Origin: Dehalococcoidia bacterium
GTDB lineage: Bacteria > Chloroflexota > Dehalococcoidia > GIF9 > AB-539-J10
Assembly: GCA_030665785.1 (NCBI GenBank)
Contig: DAOUZA010000002.1
Coordinates: 1-57,122 of the forward strand
Direction: 5' to 3'
DNA: 57,122 nt
Shown here: in pieces, positions 19,120-28,750 of the stretch
How positions within the stretch are numbered: position 1 is the first letter of the stretch
Layout: each line of letters begins with the position of its first letter
The notes under the pieces: generated by a model
Seen by the model: the letters and a program-made list of their open reading frames with translations, nothing else
What the model was told of the DNA's origin: nothing
The model's database searches: none
Program-made: the position numbers and the translations under genes

Positions 19120-19148
19120 ATGTTATCAGCAACAATTAATCTCATCAA
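19120..19148 (-). promoter_or_regulatory. Candidate promoter of the SRP RNA gene
   Basis: Minus strand TTGATG, 17 nt, TAACAT, ending 8 nt before the predicted RNA 5' end. Confidence 0.4.
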
Positions 19149-19268
19149 GCTGGTTTGGCAGATTTTTACCATCACCTCACCTCCCTCGAAAATATATCAT
19201 TGCTATTGGTACCGAATTTTTTTTACAATTAATGCGTTAGTTCCAGTATCAATAGGCGGAGGTAAAAA

Positions 19269-19820
19269 ATGGAGACAATGATTAATCAAGTCAAACTTTC
19301 ATTAATTCGAGGAGATATTACTCAGCAAGATACCGACGCCATAGTCAATGCTGCTAATCCCGGTTTGATGGGTGGTGGAGGAGTGGACGGAGCGATACAT
19401 CGAGCTGGGGGACCGGCTATTTTAGAGGAATGCAAACAAATTGTGGCTAAACAAGGACGATTGCCAACAGGAAAAGCCGTAATTACTACAGGGGGAAACC
19501 TTAAAGCAAAGTATGTCATACACACCGTGGGTCCCATTTGGCATGGTGGCGAGAGAAATGAAGCTGAGCTTTTATCCAGCGCTTACCGCGAAAGCCTCAA
19601 CTTGGCAGCCGAGAGAAATTTGACCAGCATCTCCTTTCCCTCTATAAGCACAGGTGCATATGGCTATCCTTTGGATAAGGCAGCGAGAGTAGCTCTTAGA
19701 GCGGTGGCTTCGTTCCTCAAAGAAAAACACACTTCCGTGAAAGAGGTGATCTTTGTCCTTTTTGATTCCTCAACCTATGAAAGTTACTGCTCCGCATTGA
19801 AAGAGCTAATACAAGAATAA
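19269..19820 (+). CDS. Macro-domain protein (O-acetyl-ADP-ribose deacetylase / MacroD-YmdB type)
   Basis: GDITQQDTDAIVNAAN, GGGGVDGAIHRAGG and SISTGAYGYP motifs. Confidence 0.85.
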   Translation: METMINQVKLSLIRGDITQQDTDAIVNAANPGLMGGGGVDGAIHRAGGPAILEECKQIVAKQGRLPTGKAVITTGGNLKAKYVIHTVGPIWHGGERNEAELLSSAYRESLNLAAERNLTSISFPSISTGAYGYPLDKAARVALRAVASFLKEKHTSVKEVIFVLFDSSTYESYCSALKELIQE

Positions 19821-19841
19821 AAACGAGACTAACGTGTTAAC

Positions 19842-20681
19842 TCACCTCAGCATAGCAACATAGCTATTTAGCGGTATTCCCAGCGAGTTCGCTACCGGTC
19901 TACACTTCGCCATAAGGCAGTAAAACACCTTCCCTTGCCCGGGAAGCTCGCTCAATGACTCATAATGCCCCATCCCCTTAGCAAACACGAGGTCCGCCTC
20001 TTTAAATTCCTGTTTGAATTGATCTGAAGCCCAGTCAAGGATTACCCCCGGTGAGGCTATACCTGTAGTTATCACCATTCCAAATTCGCCCTCCAACCCA
20101 GCTTGTTTGATATCCTCCACCGTGGCATCATTCTGAACAGGTGAAGGCTTAACCACATATCTAACATCAACCAACTGCCTCATCTTTCTGACCAATGGCA
20201 AATCAAAGTAAATTTCGCCAACATTATCCGCTAAATACAAAACTTTAGACGCCTTTTTTAACTTTGCTTCAAACTGCTGCGAATCATCTATGATAAACTT
20301 CATTGGTCTCTGCATATCCTCGGCAACGGCGTCAAGGCTCCTGAAAAAATCTATGGCATTGGCTACAGCGGCAAGCTTGATACAACCATTAATAGTATTC
20401 TTATACTGAACCTTCACCCTGGAGAACAATTCCCCAGCAACTCTCAGCTCATCTTCCTTCACTGTTCGATAGGGGTCTGGATTACCAGTTATCTCCCGTA
20501 TTACCTTATGGAGCTTAGTAGCAATTGCGATAGATATCTGCTCACCAGAGAATTCTTGGTCAAGGACATTTCGGGCTTTCTCCATCGCCTTCTGCCTGAG
20601 CAGTTCATCACTTGTAGCTAGCCTGGATGCCTGGCAAATTAGCCTTCCTAAGCAATCATAGCACTCCGGGGAAACTTTCAT
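19842..20681 (-). CDS. DUF89 family protein (ARMT1-like damage-control phosphatase family)
   Basis: N-terminal CxxC (PECYDCLGRL), then DN.GE (LADNVGEIYFD) and KG..NYE-like (AKGMGHYESL) motifs. Confidence 0.65.
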   Translation of the reverse strand: MKVSPECYDCLGRLICQASRLATSDELLRQKAMEKARNVLDQEFSGEQISIAIATKLHKVIREITGNPDPYRTVKEDELRVAGELFSRVKVQYKNTINGCIKLAAVANAIDFFRSLDAVAEDMQRPMKFIIDDSQQFEAKLKKASKVLYLADNVGEIYFDLPLVRKMRQLVDVRYVVKPSPVQNDATVEDIKQAGLEGEFGMVITTGIASPGVILDWASDQFKQEFKEADLVFAKGMGHYESLSELPGQGKVFYCLMAKCRPVANSLGIPLNSYVAMLR

Positions 20682-20769
20682 AGTAATGCTATCTCCCTAA
20701 ACCTGTTTGAATAGCCTTCATAAGCTATATTATAATAGCTTTGAGGAATAAAAAAATTAATTAAGAGCT

Positions 20770-21840
20770 ATGTTTGATAAACTGGCATTAATAGAAAAGC
20801 GTTATGAAGAACTGGAGCAGATGATTGCCCAGCCTGAGATTGCTACTAACCCAAAACAGCTACAAGAGCTGACGAGGGAAAGAGCTACCCTCAAGGATAT
20901 CGTCACCCAATATCAACAATATAAAGCGCTTTCTAACGAGTTAGCTGACCTCGAAGCCTTGCTTACTGATGACCTTGACCCTGAAATGATTGCTCTAATC
21001 AAAGAAGAACGAAACAAGCTAGAACAACACCGAAATGACCTTATTGATAACCTAAAGCTTTCCTTGTTACCAAAAGACCCCAACGATGACAAAGATGTCA
21101 TTGTTGAAATAAGAGCGGGCGCTGGTGGTGAGGAAGCAAGCCTTTTTGCCGCCGACCTATTCCGTATGTATAGTCACTACGCTCAGAATAAAGGATGGCA
21201 AACAAATATCATGAATAGTAATCAAAGTGATATCGGTGGTTTTAAGGAGGTGATATTCGAAGTTAACGGCAAAGGTGCCTTTAGCAAGCTTAAGTATGAA
21301 CGCGGGGTACATAGAGTGCAACGAGTGCCTATTACCGAAGCCTCAGGGCGGATTCACACCTCAACAGCCACGGTAGCTGTCCTTCCCGAAGCAGAGGAAA
21401 TCGAGCTAAACATCAAGCCGGATGACCTCAGGGTAGACCTCTTCCGTAGCAGCGGTGCAGGGGGACAAAATGTGAACAAGCTAACTACCGCGGTACGCAT
21501 AACACACATCCCCACAGGGATAACAGCTACCTGCCAGGATGAACGTTCCCAGCTGAAAAATAAGACGAAAGCTATGGCAGTTCTTAGAGCAAGATTATTC
21601 GACATAGAACAACGTAAGCGATCAGAGACAATTGAAAGAGAGCGGCGAACGCAGGTAGGCAGAGGTGACCGAGCGGAAAAGATTCGCACTTATAATTTCC
21701 CTCAGGATCGAGTTACCGACCACCGCATTAACGTCGTTTTTCATAACTTACCTCAAGTCTTGAACGGTGAGCTTGATGAACTCATTGAAGCACTATCCAC
21801 CACAGAGCAAGCTCAACAACTGAAAGCAGTCCTTTCATGA
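20770..21840 (+). CDS. prfA: Peptide chain release factor 1
   Basis: GGQ motif (SGAGGQNVNK) and PxT-type tripeptide region (RVPITEASGR). Confidence 0.95.
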   Translation: MFDKLALIEKRYEELEQMIAQPEIATNPKQLQELTRERATLKDIVTQYQQYKALSNELADLEALLTDDLDPEMIALIKEERNKLEQHRNDLIDNLKLSLLPKDPNDDKDVIVEIRAGAGGEEASLFAADLFRMYSHYAQNKGWQTNIMNSNQSDIGGFKEVIFEVNGKGAFSKLKYERGVHRVQRVPITEASGRIHTSTATVAVLPEAEEIELNIKPDDLRVDLFRSSGAGGQNVNKLTTAVRITHIPTGITATCQDERSQLKNKTKAMAVLRARLFDIEQRKRSETIERERRTQVGRGDRAEKIRTYNFPQDRVTDHRINVVFHNLPQVLNGELDELIEALSTTEQAQQLKAVLS

Positions 21841-22691
21841 CCTTGAGAGAAGCTTTGGTTCTAACCAGACAAACACTGGCAGCGGTAAACTTTGACGAGG
21901 CTGATATTGAATCTGAACTTTTGCTTTGCCATGTGCTGGGAATATCAAAAACAAAATTGTACAGTGAGCCAGGAAGAGTATTGACCTCAACAGAAATAAA
22001 AGAGCTACAGTGCTCGGTTAATCGCCGACTTCTTCACGAACCTATTGACTACATCCTGGGGCATTGCGACTTTTATGGTCACGATTTTTATGTTGACCAG
22101 CGTGTCTTTATTCCCAGACCGGAAACCGAACTCCTGGTAGAAAAAGCAATTGATTTCGCTCATCACCACAACAATTTACAAAATCAATTTATCCTCGCTG
22201 ATATTGGCACTGGCAGTGGCGTCATTGCCATCAGCCTTGCCCTAGCACTGCCTAAAGCAAGAATTTACGCCACAGATATCGCTGCCTCAGCTCTCCAGGT
22301 AGCCTATGTAAATTGCCAGCGTTACCATGTTGCCCATCAAGTTACCCTTCTCCAGGGCAATCTGCTTGAACCACTGCCTGAGCCCGTGAATGTAATAATA
22401 GCTAATTTACCTTATGTCAAAGACCATGAACTGAGAACACTAATCCCGGAGATAATAGACTCCGAACCAACTATAGCTTTAGCAGGTGGCAAAGACGGCC
22501 TGAGTGCCATACGCAAGCTTTTAAATCAAGCCCAGGGGAAGATTTGCCCAAATGGCTGCCTGCTTTTAGAAATAGGCTATGGGCAAGATAAGGCAATAAA
22601 TTCATTGATAAATAGCTGCTTTCCACAGGCTAGCATCAAGTTAATTCCTGATCTATCTGGCATCAATAGGATAGCCAGAATCATTTTATGA
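21837..22691 (+). CDS. prmC: Release factor glutamine N5-methyltransferase
   Basis: ATGA coupling to prfA and SAM motif DIGTGSGVIA. The catalytic tetrapeptide reads NLPY instead of NPPY (see finding). Confidence 0.8.
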   Translation: MTLREALVLTRQTLAAVNFDEADIESELLLCHVLGISKTKLYSEPGRVLTSTEIKELQCSVNRRLLHEPIDYILGHCDFYGHDFYVDQRVFIPRPETELLVEKAIDFAHHHNNLQNQFILADIGTGSGVIAISLALALPKARIYATDIAASALQVAYVNCQRYHVAHQVTLLQGNLLEPLPEPVNVIIANLPYVKDHELRTLIPEIIDSEPTIALAGGKDGLSAIRKLLNQAQGKICPNGCLLLEIGYGQDKAINSLINSCFPQASIKLIPDLSGINRIARIIL

Positions 22692-22716
22692 TAGGTGTTC
22701 TCCCCTCCAGTAGATA

Positions 22717-22745
22717 TTGACCCCCGTCAACATACGATATAAAAT
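22717..22745 (+). promoter_or_regulatory. Candidate promoter of speH-speE
   Basis: TTGACC, 17 nt, TAAAAT, about 65 nt upstream of the TTG start. Confidence 0.4.
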
Positions 22746-22809
22746 CTCCATCTGTTGCCTAAAGAGCTGGGCGCAAGTCCAAAAAAACTTTTGAAGGAGG
22801 GAAGGTGAT

Positions 22810-23190
22810 TTGTATGCACTGGGAAGACATCTGTTACTAGAGTTAAAAAATTGTAATGAGGAGGTGCTAAATGACCTAAATTTCCTGAAAGATTGCCTTA
22901 ATGAAGCTGCTACTCGATGTGGCGCTACTGTAGTTGGTGAATCCTTTTATCGGTTTTCTCCTTGTGGGGTAAGTGGCATAATCAATATCGCTGAATCACA
23001 CATCTCTATCCATACCTGGCCTGAGTATGGTTATGCCGCCGTAGATGTATTCACTTGCGGAAGCAATGTAAATCCCGAGGAAATAGCCAAGCTAATAGTA
23101 CAAGGCTTGGAGGCCAAAAATTGTTCCATAATCGAGGTGCGAAGAGGCATGGTAGAGAAAAGTAGGGTTAGGAGTGCTGTAAAATTATGA
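22810..23190 (+). CDS. speH: S-adenosylmethionine decarboxylase proenzyme (small, pyruvoyl, Bacillus/archaeal type)
   Basis: Self-cleavage context NIAESHISIHTWPE. TTG start 8-9 nt after GAAGGAGGG. Confidence 0.85.
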   Translation: MYALGRHLLLELKNCNEEVLNDLNFLKDCLNEAATRCGATVVGESFYRFSPCGVSGIINIAESHISIHTWPEYGYAAVDVFTCGSNVNPEEIAKLIVQGLEAKNCSIIEVRRGMVEKSRVRSAVKL

Positions 23191-24110
23191 GAGACTCTGA
23201 CCCTGATAAACATAGATGGTTTCATGATTATGTCAACCCCGACATTACCATATTATATCGTATTAAGGAGTTGATATATTCAGGGCAGACCAAATTTCAA
23301 TCTATAGCTATCATTGATAATGATCGCTTTGGCAAATGCCTGGTGCTTGATGGCAAGATTCAATCAAGCGAAGCGGATGAATTCATCTACCATGAAGCTT
23401 TAGTGCACCCCGCTATGGTCACCCATCCTAATCCCGAGAAGGTATTTATCGCCGGGGGTGGTGAGGGTGCTACCTTAAGAGAAGTGCTAGCACATAACAC
23501 AGTCAAGAAAGCCGTCATGGTAGACATTGATGAAGAAGTGGTAGATATTTGCCGCCGCTTTCTACCTTCATGGCATCAAAATTCCTTTGATGACCAGCGG
23601 GCAGAACTTCATTTCACTGACGCCAGAGCATACCTCGAAAAAAACGACGCTAAATTTGATGTCATTATTATTGACTTGCCTGACCCTTTGGAAAAAGGAC
23701 CAGCTCGCCTGCTATATACTCAAGAGTTTTATGAGCTGGTTAACCGAAGGCTACATCCAGATGGAATCATCTCAGTTCAAGCCGAATCCGCTGACTGGAC
23801 AGAAATAGAAAACTTCGTGGACATCGTTAATACCCTAGCAACCGTCTTCCCTGTAGTTCGCCCCTACCAAGCTCATGTACCTTCCTTTAATAGCTTGTGG
23901 GGATTCACCACCGCCTCTCAAAAGCTTGACCCCGCTAAGTTAACACCTGAAGAGGTCGAACCTAAAATATCAACGAGGATATCAAGAGAGCTGAAATTTT
24001 ATGATGGACTTACCCATCACACTATGTTCACTATGCCAAAGCATATCAGGCTTCGACTCTCAAGGGCTAAAAAAGTCATTACCGATAAAGAGCCTATCTC
24101 TATTTACTGA
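23187..24110 (+). CDS. speE: Spermidine synthase (aminopropyltransferase)
   Basis: Motifs FIAGGGEGATLREVL and DVIIIDLPDP. ATGA overlap with speH. Confidence 0.9.
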   Translation: MRDSDPDKHRWFHDYVNPDITILYRIKELIYSGQTKFQSIAIIDNDRFGKCLVLDGKIQSSEADEFIYHEALVHPAMVTHPNPEKVFIAGGGEGATLREVLAHNTVKKAVMVDIDEEVVDICRRFLPSWHQNSFDDQRAELHFTDARAYLEKNDAKFDVIIIDLPDPLEKGPARLLYTQEFYELVNRRLHPDGIISVQAESADWTEIENFVDIVNTLATVFPVVRPYQAHVPSFNSLWGFTTASQKLDPAKLTPEEVEPKISTRISRELKFYDGLTHHTMFTMPKHIRLRLSRAKKVITDKEPISIY

Positions 24111-25723
24111 TATTGCTTTCTGAGAACCTTCTTATCTACCTTGCCAACAACTGTGTGAGGAAGTTGAGCGACAAACTCAATTCGGTCAGGAACAGCCCAT
24201 TTTGAAATTGTTCCGTCATCGACAAACTTCTGTAAGAATTTCTTGATATCATCTGGAGAAATTTTGTCCTTATACTCCGGCTTGGGGACAACCACAGCCA
24301 TAGGTCTCTCTCCCCATCTCTCGTCTGGCATAGCTACAACCCCGGCCTCCGCAACTGCTTCATGTTCGCTAACAAGGTCCTCTAACTTCAACGAAGATAT
24401 CCACTCACCCCCAGATTTAACGACATCTTTAATTCTGTCTGTTAAGTACAGATATCCTCCTTCATCAATATAGCCAATATCACCTGTGTGTAGCCAGCCA
24501 TCTCGCCACAACTCCTCTGACCGCTCGGGCTCCTTAAAATAGCCCTCAGTGAGCCAGGGTGTCCTGCACACCACTTCGCCTGTGGATTTACCATCATGAG
24601 GGAGTTTGTTGCCTGATGTATCCATAACCTCTATCTGCGCCAGTGGTACAGGGAGTCCCGGTCGTTTCAAGACGCTACCTTTCCGGTCAATGTCCCAATC
24701 CAACATATCTTCCTTTAAATCACATACCGCAACAGCGGGGCAAGTTTCCGACAAACCATAAGCACCAAAGAATTGGACCCCCGCCTTTAATGCCCTTTGA
24801 GCTACCCCTCCGGGCAAAGCAGCCCCACCGACGGCTGCCTTCAACTTAGACAAGTCACCTCCCTCCATCTCAGCACCAAGCAGCAGTATATCCAGGATGG
24901 TAGGAACACAATGAGTATATGTTACCCCTTCTTCCTTAATTAGCTTAAGCAACATCGGGATGTCATATTTTCCTGAGTAAACCTGTTTCATACCGAGCAG
25001 TGTAGCTAAATACGGGTTGCCCCAAGCATGGACATGGAACATCGGGGTAAGTGGCATATAGACCTCCTCGCTGAATACAAATCTGGGACAATTGTGTAGC
25101 GTGCCCACCATCCCGATACCAAGGGTATGGAGAACAATCTGGCGATGCGTGAAATAAACGCCTTTAGGAGCTCCTTCAGTGCCTGTGGTATAAAATATCG
25201 ACGCTTGTGTATCCTCATCGAAATCGGGAAAATCATAACTCGCTGAACCAGCTCGCAGCATCTCCTCATATTCAACTTCTATGTTCAACTTGGTATCAGG
25301 CTTTTTGTTATCATCGGTCAGTAAAATAAACTTTTCTACCGTAGTTAATTTATCGCCAAAGCTCTCCAGCACTGGCAGGAAATCAGAATGGACAAGGACG
25401 ATTTTATCCCCGGCATGGTTCATAGTGTAAAGCATTTGCTCGGGGGGAAGCCTCCAGTTGACTGTGTGCAGCACCGCTCCCAACATAGGAATGGCAAAGA
25501 AACTCTCCAAATAACGGTGGCTATCATAATCAACAACAGCAACGGTGTCGCCTTGTTTAACCCCCAGCTTCTCTAAGCTGCTGCCAAGTCGATTGATACG
25601 CTCGAATAGCGTTCGATAATCAAACCTCACTAAATCTCGGTAAACTATTTCCTTATTTGGTGTCCGAACTGATGGCGTGAGTAATAATTGTTTAATAAGC
25701 AACGGATATTTGTAAGCTGGCAT
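24104..25723 (-). CDS. AMP-forming acyl-CoA synthetase (fatty-acid--CoA ligase family)
   Basis: Motifs YTTGTEGAPKGV, GYGLSET-like (AYGLSET), TGDIGYIDEGGYLYLTDR, and C-terminal PHTVVGK (A10 motif). Confidence 0.85.
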   Translation of the reverse strand: MPAYKYPLLIKQLLLTPSVRTPNKEIVYRDLVRFDYRTLFERINRLGSSLEKLGVKQGDTVAVVDYDSHRYLESFFAIPMLGAVLHTVNWRLPPEQMLYTMNHAGDKIVLVHSDFLPVLESFGDKLTTVEKFILLTDDNKKPDTKLNIEVEYEEMLRAGSASYDFPDFDEDTQASIFYTTGTEGAPKGVYFTHRQIVLHTLGIGMVGTLHNCPRFVFSEEVYMPLTPMFHVHAWGNPYLATLLGMKQVYSGKYDIPMLLKLIKEEGVTYTHCVPTILDILLLGAEMEGGDLSKLKAAVGGAALPGGVAQRALKAGVQFFGAYGLSETCPAVAVCDLKEDMLDWDIDRKGSVLKRPGLPVPLAQIEVMDTSGNKLPHDGKSTGEVVCRTPWLTEGYFKEPERSEELWRDGWLHTGDIGYIDEGGYLYLTDRIKDVVKSGGEWISSLKLEDLVSEHEAVAEAGVVAMPDERWGERPMAVVVPKPEYKDKISPDDIKKFLQKFVDDGTISKWAVPDRIEFVAQLPHTVVGKVDKKVLRKQYQ

Positions 25724-25790
25724 TGTAAACCTCCCTTTTTAATTTATTCTCTACCTGGTCGCTAATATCGCTATTTTGGTGCTTATTCTA

Positions 25791-26948
25791 TCATAGTGTT
25801 CTGGAAATTACTAGCCTTTGTATCTCATTTGTGCCTTCATATATTTGAGTTATCTTGGCATCCCTCATACGTTGCTCCAGAGGATAATCACGACAATATC
25901 CAAAGCCGCCGACAATCTGCACCGCCTCAGTAGTCACTTTCATCGCTGTATCGCTGGCAAAAGTCTTGCACATTGATGAATATCTAACTTGCTCTGGTGA
26001 TAGCCTGGTCATATCCTTAGGGCATTCTTGCAGGATGGAACAGGTCTTGTATAAAAGTTGCCTTGCCGCTTCGGTAAGTATGCACATGTCCGCCAGCTTG
26101 AACCCCACCCCTTCATGCTGGATAATAGGCACACCAAATACAACTCTCTCCTTAGCATAAGTTATACAATAGTCCAAAGCGCCCTGAGCTATACCTAAAG
26201 CCTGGGCCGCTATTGCTGGTCTGGCAAAATCCAGGGTCTTCATGGAAATGGCAAATCCCCTCCCCTCTTCCCCCACAAGATTTTCAACAGGCACACAACA
26301 ATCCTCAAACACAAGCTCCACAGTGTCAGAACTCCTGATGCCCATCTTTATTTCGTGTTTGCCCACAGAGAACCCGGGTGTTCCTTTGGTAACCGCTAAT
26401 ACGCTGGCGCCTTTAGAAGCACCTTTCTCAGGGTCTGTTACCACATATACAGTGACCACGTCGGCGACACCGCCATTGGTAATAAATATCTTATTGCCAT
26501 TAACAATGTATCCACACTCTTTTTTCTCAGCCCGACAATTAAAGTCAGCCACATCAGAACCACCTGACGTCTCCGTAAGCGCAAAGGCAGCTAAATGCTC
26601 ACCTGTGCTTAGCTTAGGAAGAAATCTATCCCTTACTTCTTTGTTACCAGCCAACATTATTGGCAACGCACCAAGTGCCTGGTCAGCAACAAGAAGTCCA
26701 ACTGAGGCATCCACTCGAGAGAGTTCTTCTATCACGATAGTTTCAGCCAACATCCCAGCATCACCTCCCCCATACTCTGCGGGAAAATCTATGCCTAAAT
26801 AACCGCCATCCCGCAAAAGCTTCACCATCTCCCAGCTAAATTCCTCCTTCTCATCCCTCTCATGGGCTCCTGGCCCAATTTGCTCCTCAGCTAAATTCCT
26901 AACCGCATCCTTCAGCATTTTTTGCTCTTCAGTTAACTCGTATTGCAC
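25791..26948 (-). CDS. Acyl-CoA dehydrogenase (canonical catalytic Glu)
   Basis: Motifs ALTETSGGSD, FITNGG, and C-terminal RDAKITQIYEGTNEIQ. GTG start after GGAGG. Confidence 0.9.
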   Translation of the reverse strand: MQYELTEEQKMLKDAVRNLAEEQIGPGAHERDEKEEFSWEMVKLLRDGGYLGIDFPAEYGGGDAGMLAETIVIEELSRVDASVGLLVADQALGALPIMLAGNKEVRDRFLPKLSTGEHLAAFALTETSGGSDVADFNCRAEKKECGYIVNGNKIFITNGGVADVVTVYVVTDPEKGASKGASVLAVTKGTPGFSVGKHEIKMGIRSSDTVELVFEDCCVPVENLVGEEGRGFAISMKTLDFARPAIAAQALGIAQGALDYCITYAKERVVFGVPIIQHEGVGFKLADMCILTEAARQLLYKTCSILQECPKDMTRLSPEQVRYSSMCKTFASDTAMKVTTEAVQIVGGFGYCRDYPLEQRMRDAKITQIYEGTNEIQRLVISRTL

Positions 26949-27201
26949 TTCTACCTCCTGTGGTTAAAATCTAGATAAAACGACATCAACGAAATCCTAA
27001 AACAACGATATTACATCCTGGATTAGTAGCTTGCCAAGACCAATAGGGTATTATAAGGTACAAAAACCAAAAAACTGGGAGCCTAAAAACAATGCAAAGC
27101 CATAAAGATTGAAATCTCTTAGCTCGAAAACCTCCCAAAAGCGACAAGGACATCTTAAGCATCAATTTTTAAACAGCCTCTTTAACTCTTTTGTGCCTAC
27201 T

Positions 27202-28446
27202 CTATAACTTTGCTATTGCGGGAGGCATTAATGCTACCCTTCTTTGCGGGAAAAGCGCTGAATCGTATTGTTCATAACCCAGCTCTGGATTAACTGTACA
27301 TCTTGGATATAAACCCAATAAGCATCTTCCGATGCATATACAATCCCGTCTGCACCTTCTTATCTTGTCAACTTTCCCCTCCTTCACCTTGTTAGGCCAG
27401 TCTGGATCTGCCAGGGCTTGCCTGCCAAGCGAAATCATATCTGTCTCTCCTTCATTAATAGCTCGTTCTGCAACAGACGGGTCATGCACAGACGGCGTAA
27501 TTACCGGAATATCTATTGCTTCTCTTATACTCTTAGCTTCCTTCAGAAGATGCTGCTCAACCTCTTCTACAGAGTTCGGGAAGAAGTACTTCAACGCTTC
27601 ATAAGACCCATCTGATAAGTGTAGGTATGCTATCCCCAACTTTGCTAACGTTTTAGCAGCCTGTTTTACCTCATCAAGAGTGAATCCCTCTGGCATATGT
27701 TCAGCAGCGCTCATTCTGACGCCTACCGGAATGGCTCCTTTAACCGCCTCCAAGGTGCTTTGCGTAACCTCAACCAGAAATCTCATGCGGTTCTCCAATG
27801 ATCCGCCATACAGGTCAGTTCTCTTATTCGAGCGGGGTGAAAGGAACTGGTGCTCCAGATAGCCATGAGGCGCATGTATTTCTATACCATCAAATCCAGC
27901 GATTACTGCTCTTCGGCATGCCTTAGCATACTCCTTCTCCTCACTTAGTATTTCTTCAATAGTCATTTCCCTTGGAATGGGATAACCAGGTTCTGCTATT
28001 ATCGGGTATTGCGCAACAAAATCCAGTATTCCCTTAGGCACCATATCAGGGTTTATGTACACGGGGATTGCTGAAGCCGCATAGGGTTGCGTCCCATCAA
28101 GTGCGTGCCCCTGTCTTCCAAAGCCAATGCTAAGTTGTATGAATACTTTTGCTCCAAATGCATGACATGCATCTGCTACCATATTCAATCCAGGGATAAA
28201 TGATTCATCGTACAGATATAAGTTTCTTTGCCATACATGCGGGGCAGCGAGCCTTGTTGCTATTACAGCACCGCTCACGATTAAACCAAAACCACCCTTG
28301 GCTCTACGTGCCAGATGTGCCATATCTTGCGGTGTCACATACCCGCCTTGCGTCGAGTATGTCATGTTCATTGGTGCCATTACTACTCTGTTCTTTATCT
28401 TGACATCCTTAATTTTGATTGGTTCGAGAACTTTTTCAAAAGGCAT
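27202..28446 (-). CDS. Old Yellow Enzyme-family FMN oxidoreductase with a C-terminal Cys cluster, lacking the FAD/NAD(P)H domain
   Basis: N-terminus IKNRVVMAPM and the GFDGIEIHAPHGYLEHQFLSP motif. The C-terminus CRRDCICIGRC...RC resembles the 4Fe-4S site of 2,4-dienoyl-CoA or enoate reductases. The protein stops at 414 aa. Confidence 0.75.
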   Translation of the reverse strand: MPFEKVLEPIKIKDVKIKNRVVMAPMNMTYSTQGGYVTPQDMAHLARRAKGGFGLIVSGAVIATRLAAPHVWQRNLYLYDESFIPGLNMVADACHAFGAKVFIQLSIGFGRQGHALDGTQPYAASAIPVYINPDMVPKGILDFVAQYPIIAEPGYPIPREMTIEEILSEEKEYAKACRRAVIAGFDGIEIHAPHGYLEHQFLSPRSNKRTDLYGGSLENRMRFLVEVTQSTLEAVKGAIPVGVRMSAAEHMPEGFTLDEVKQAAKTLAKLGIAYLHLSDGSYEALKYFFPNSVEEVEQHLLKEAKSIREAIDIPVITPSVHDPSVAERAINEGETDMISLGRQALADPDWPNKVKEGKVDKIRRCRRDCICIGRCLLGLYPRCTVNPELGYEQYDSALFPQRRVALMPPAIAKL

Positions 28447-28576
28447 ATTTTTTGTACCTCCTATACTTTTTTTCTGCCTTGATATTCAGTATTTTCGCTA
28501 TATTGGTCCTCCTTTCATACACCTCACTCACTTTTCAAGAAATTCAAAGCCGCTTCCAAGAAGAGGTCAGGATTTG

Positions 28577-28711
28577 TCATATGGCGGAGATGGCCGCCTC
28601 TAGGGATCTCAAGGCGAAGAGTTCAGTTATTCCGTCCATACCCGGGATGATCACAATAGAGAAACCCTCACCGAAAACTTTATATCTGAAGGGCCTTGCG
28701 CCCTGTTTCAT
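28577..28711 (-). pseudogene. 44-codon ORF resembling the N-terminus of an alpha/beta hydrolase (possible gene remnant)
   Basis: AGGAG lies 7 nt before the ATG. Translation: MKQGARPFRYKVFGEGFSIVIIPGMDGITELFALRSLEAAISAI. It stops abruptly and no continuation is found in any frame. Confidence 0.25.
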
Positions 28712-28750
28712 TCTTTTTCTCCTAATCATAACTAAGATGGATTCGACGTG

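Noticed and set aside
26986-27162. 58-aa Trp/Phe-rich hydrophobic ORF (minus strand) in the OYE-ACAD spacer
   Set aside because: The nearest SD-like sequence is 16 nt away. The ORF overlaps the best ACAD promoter candidate (TTGGCA-18-TAATAT), and its composition looks like AT-rich intergenic translation.
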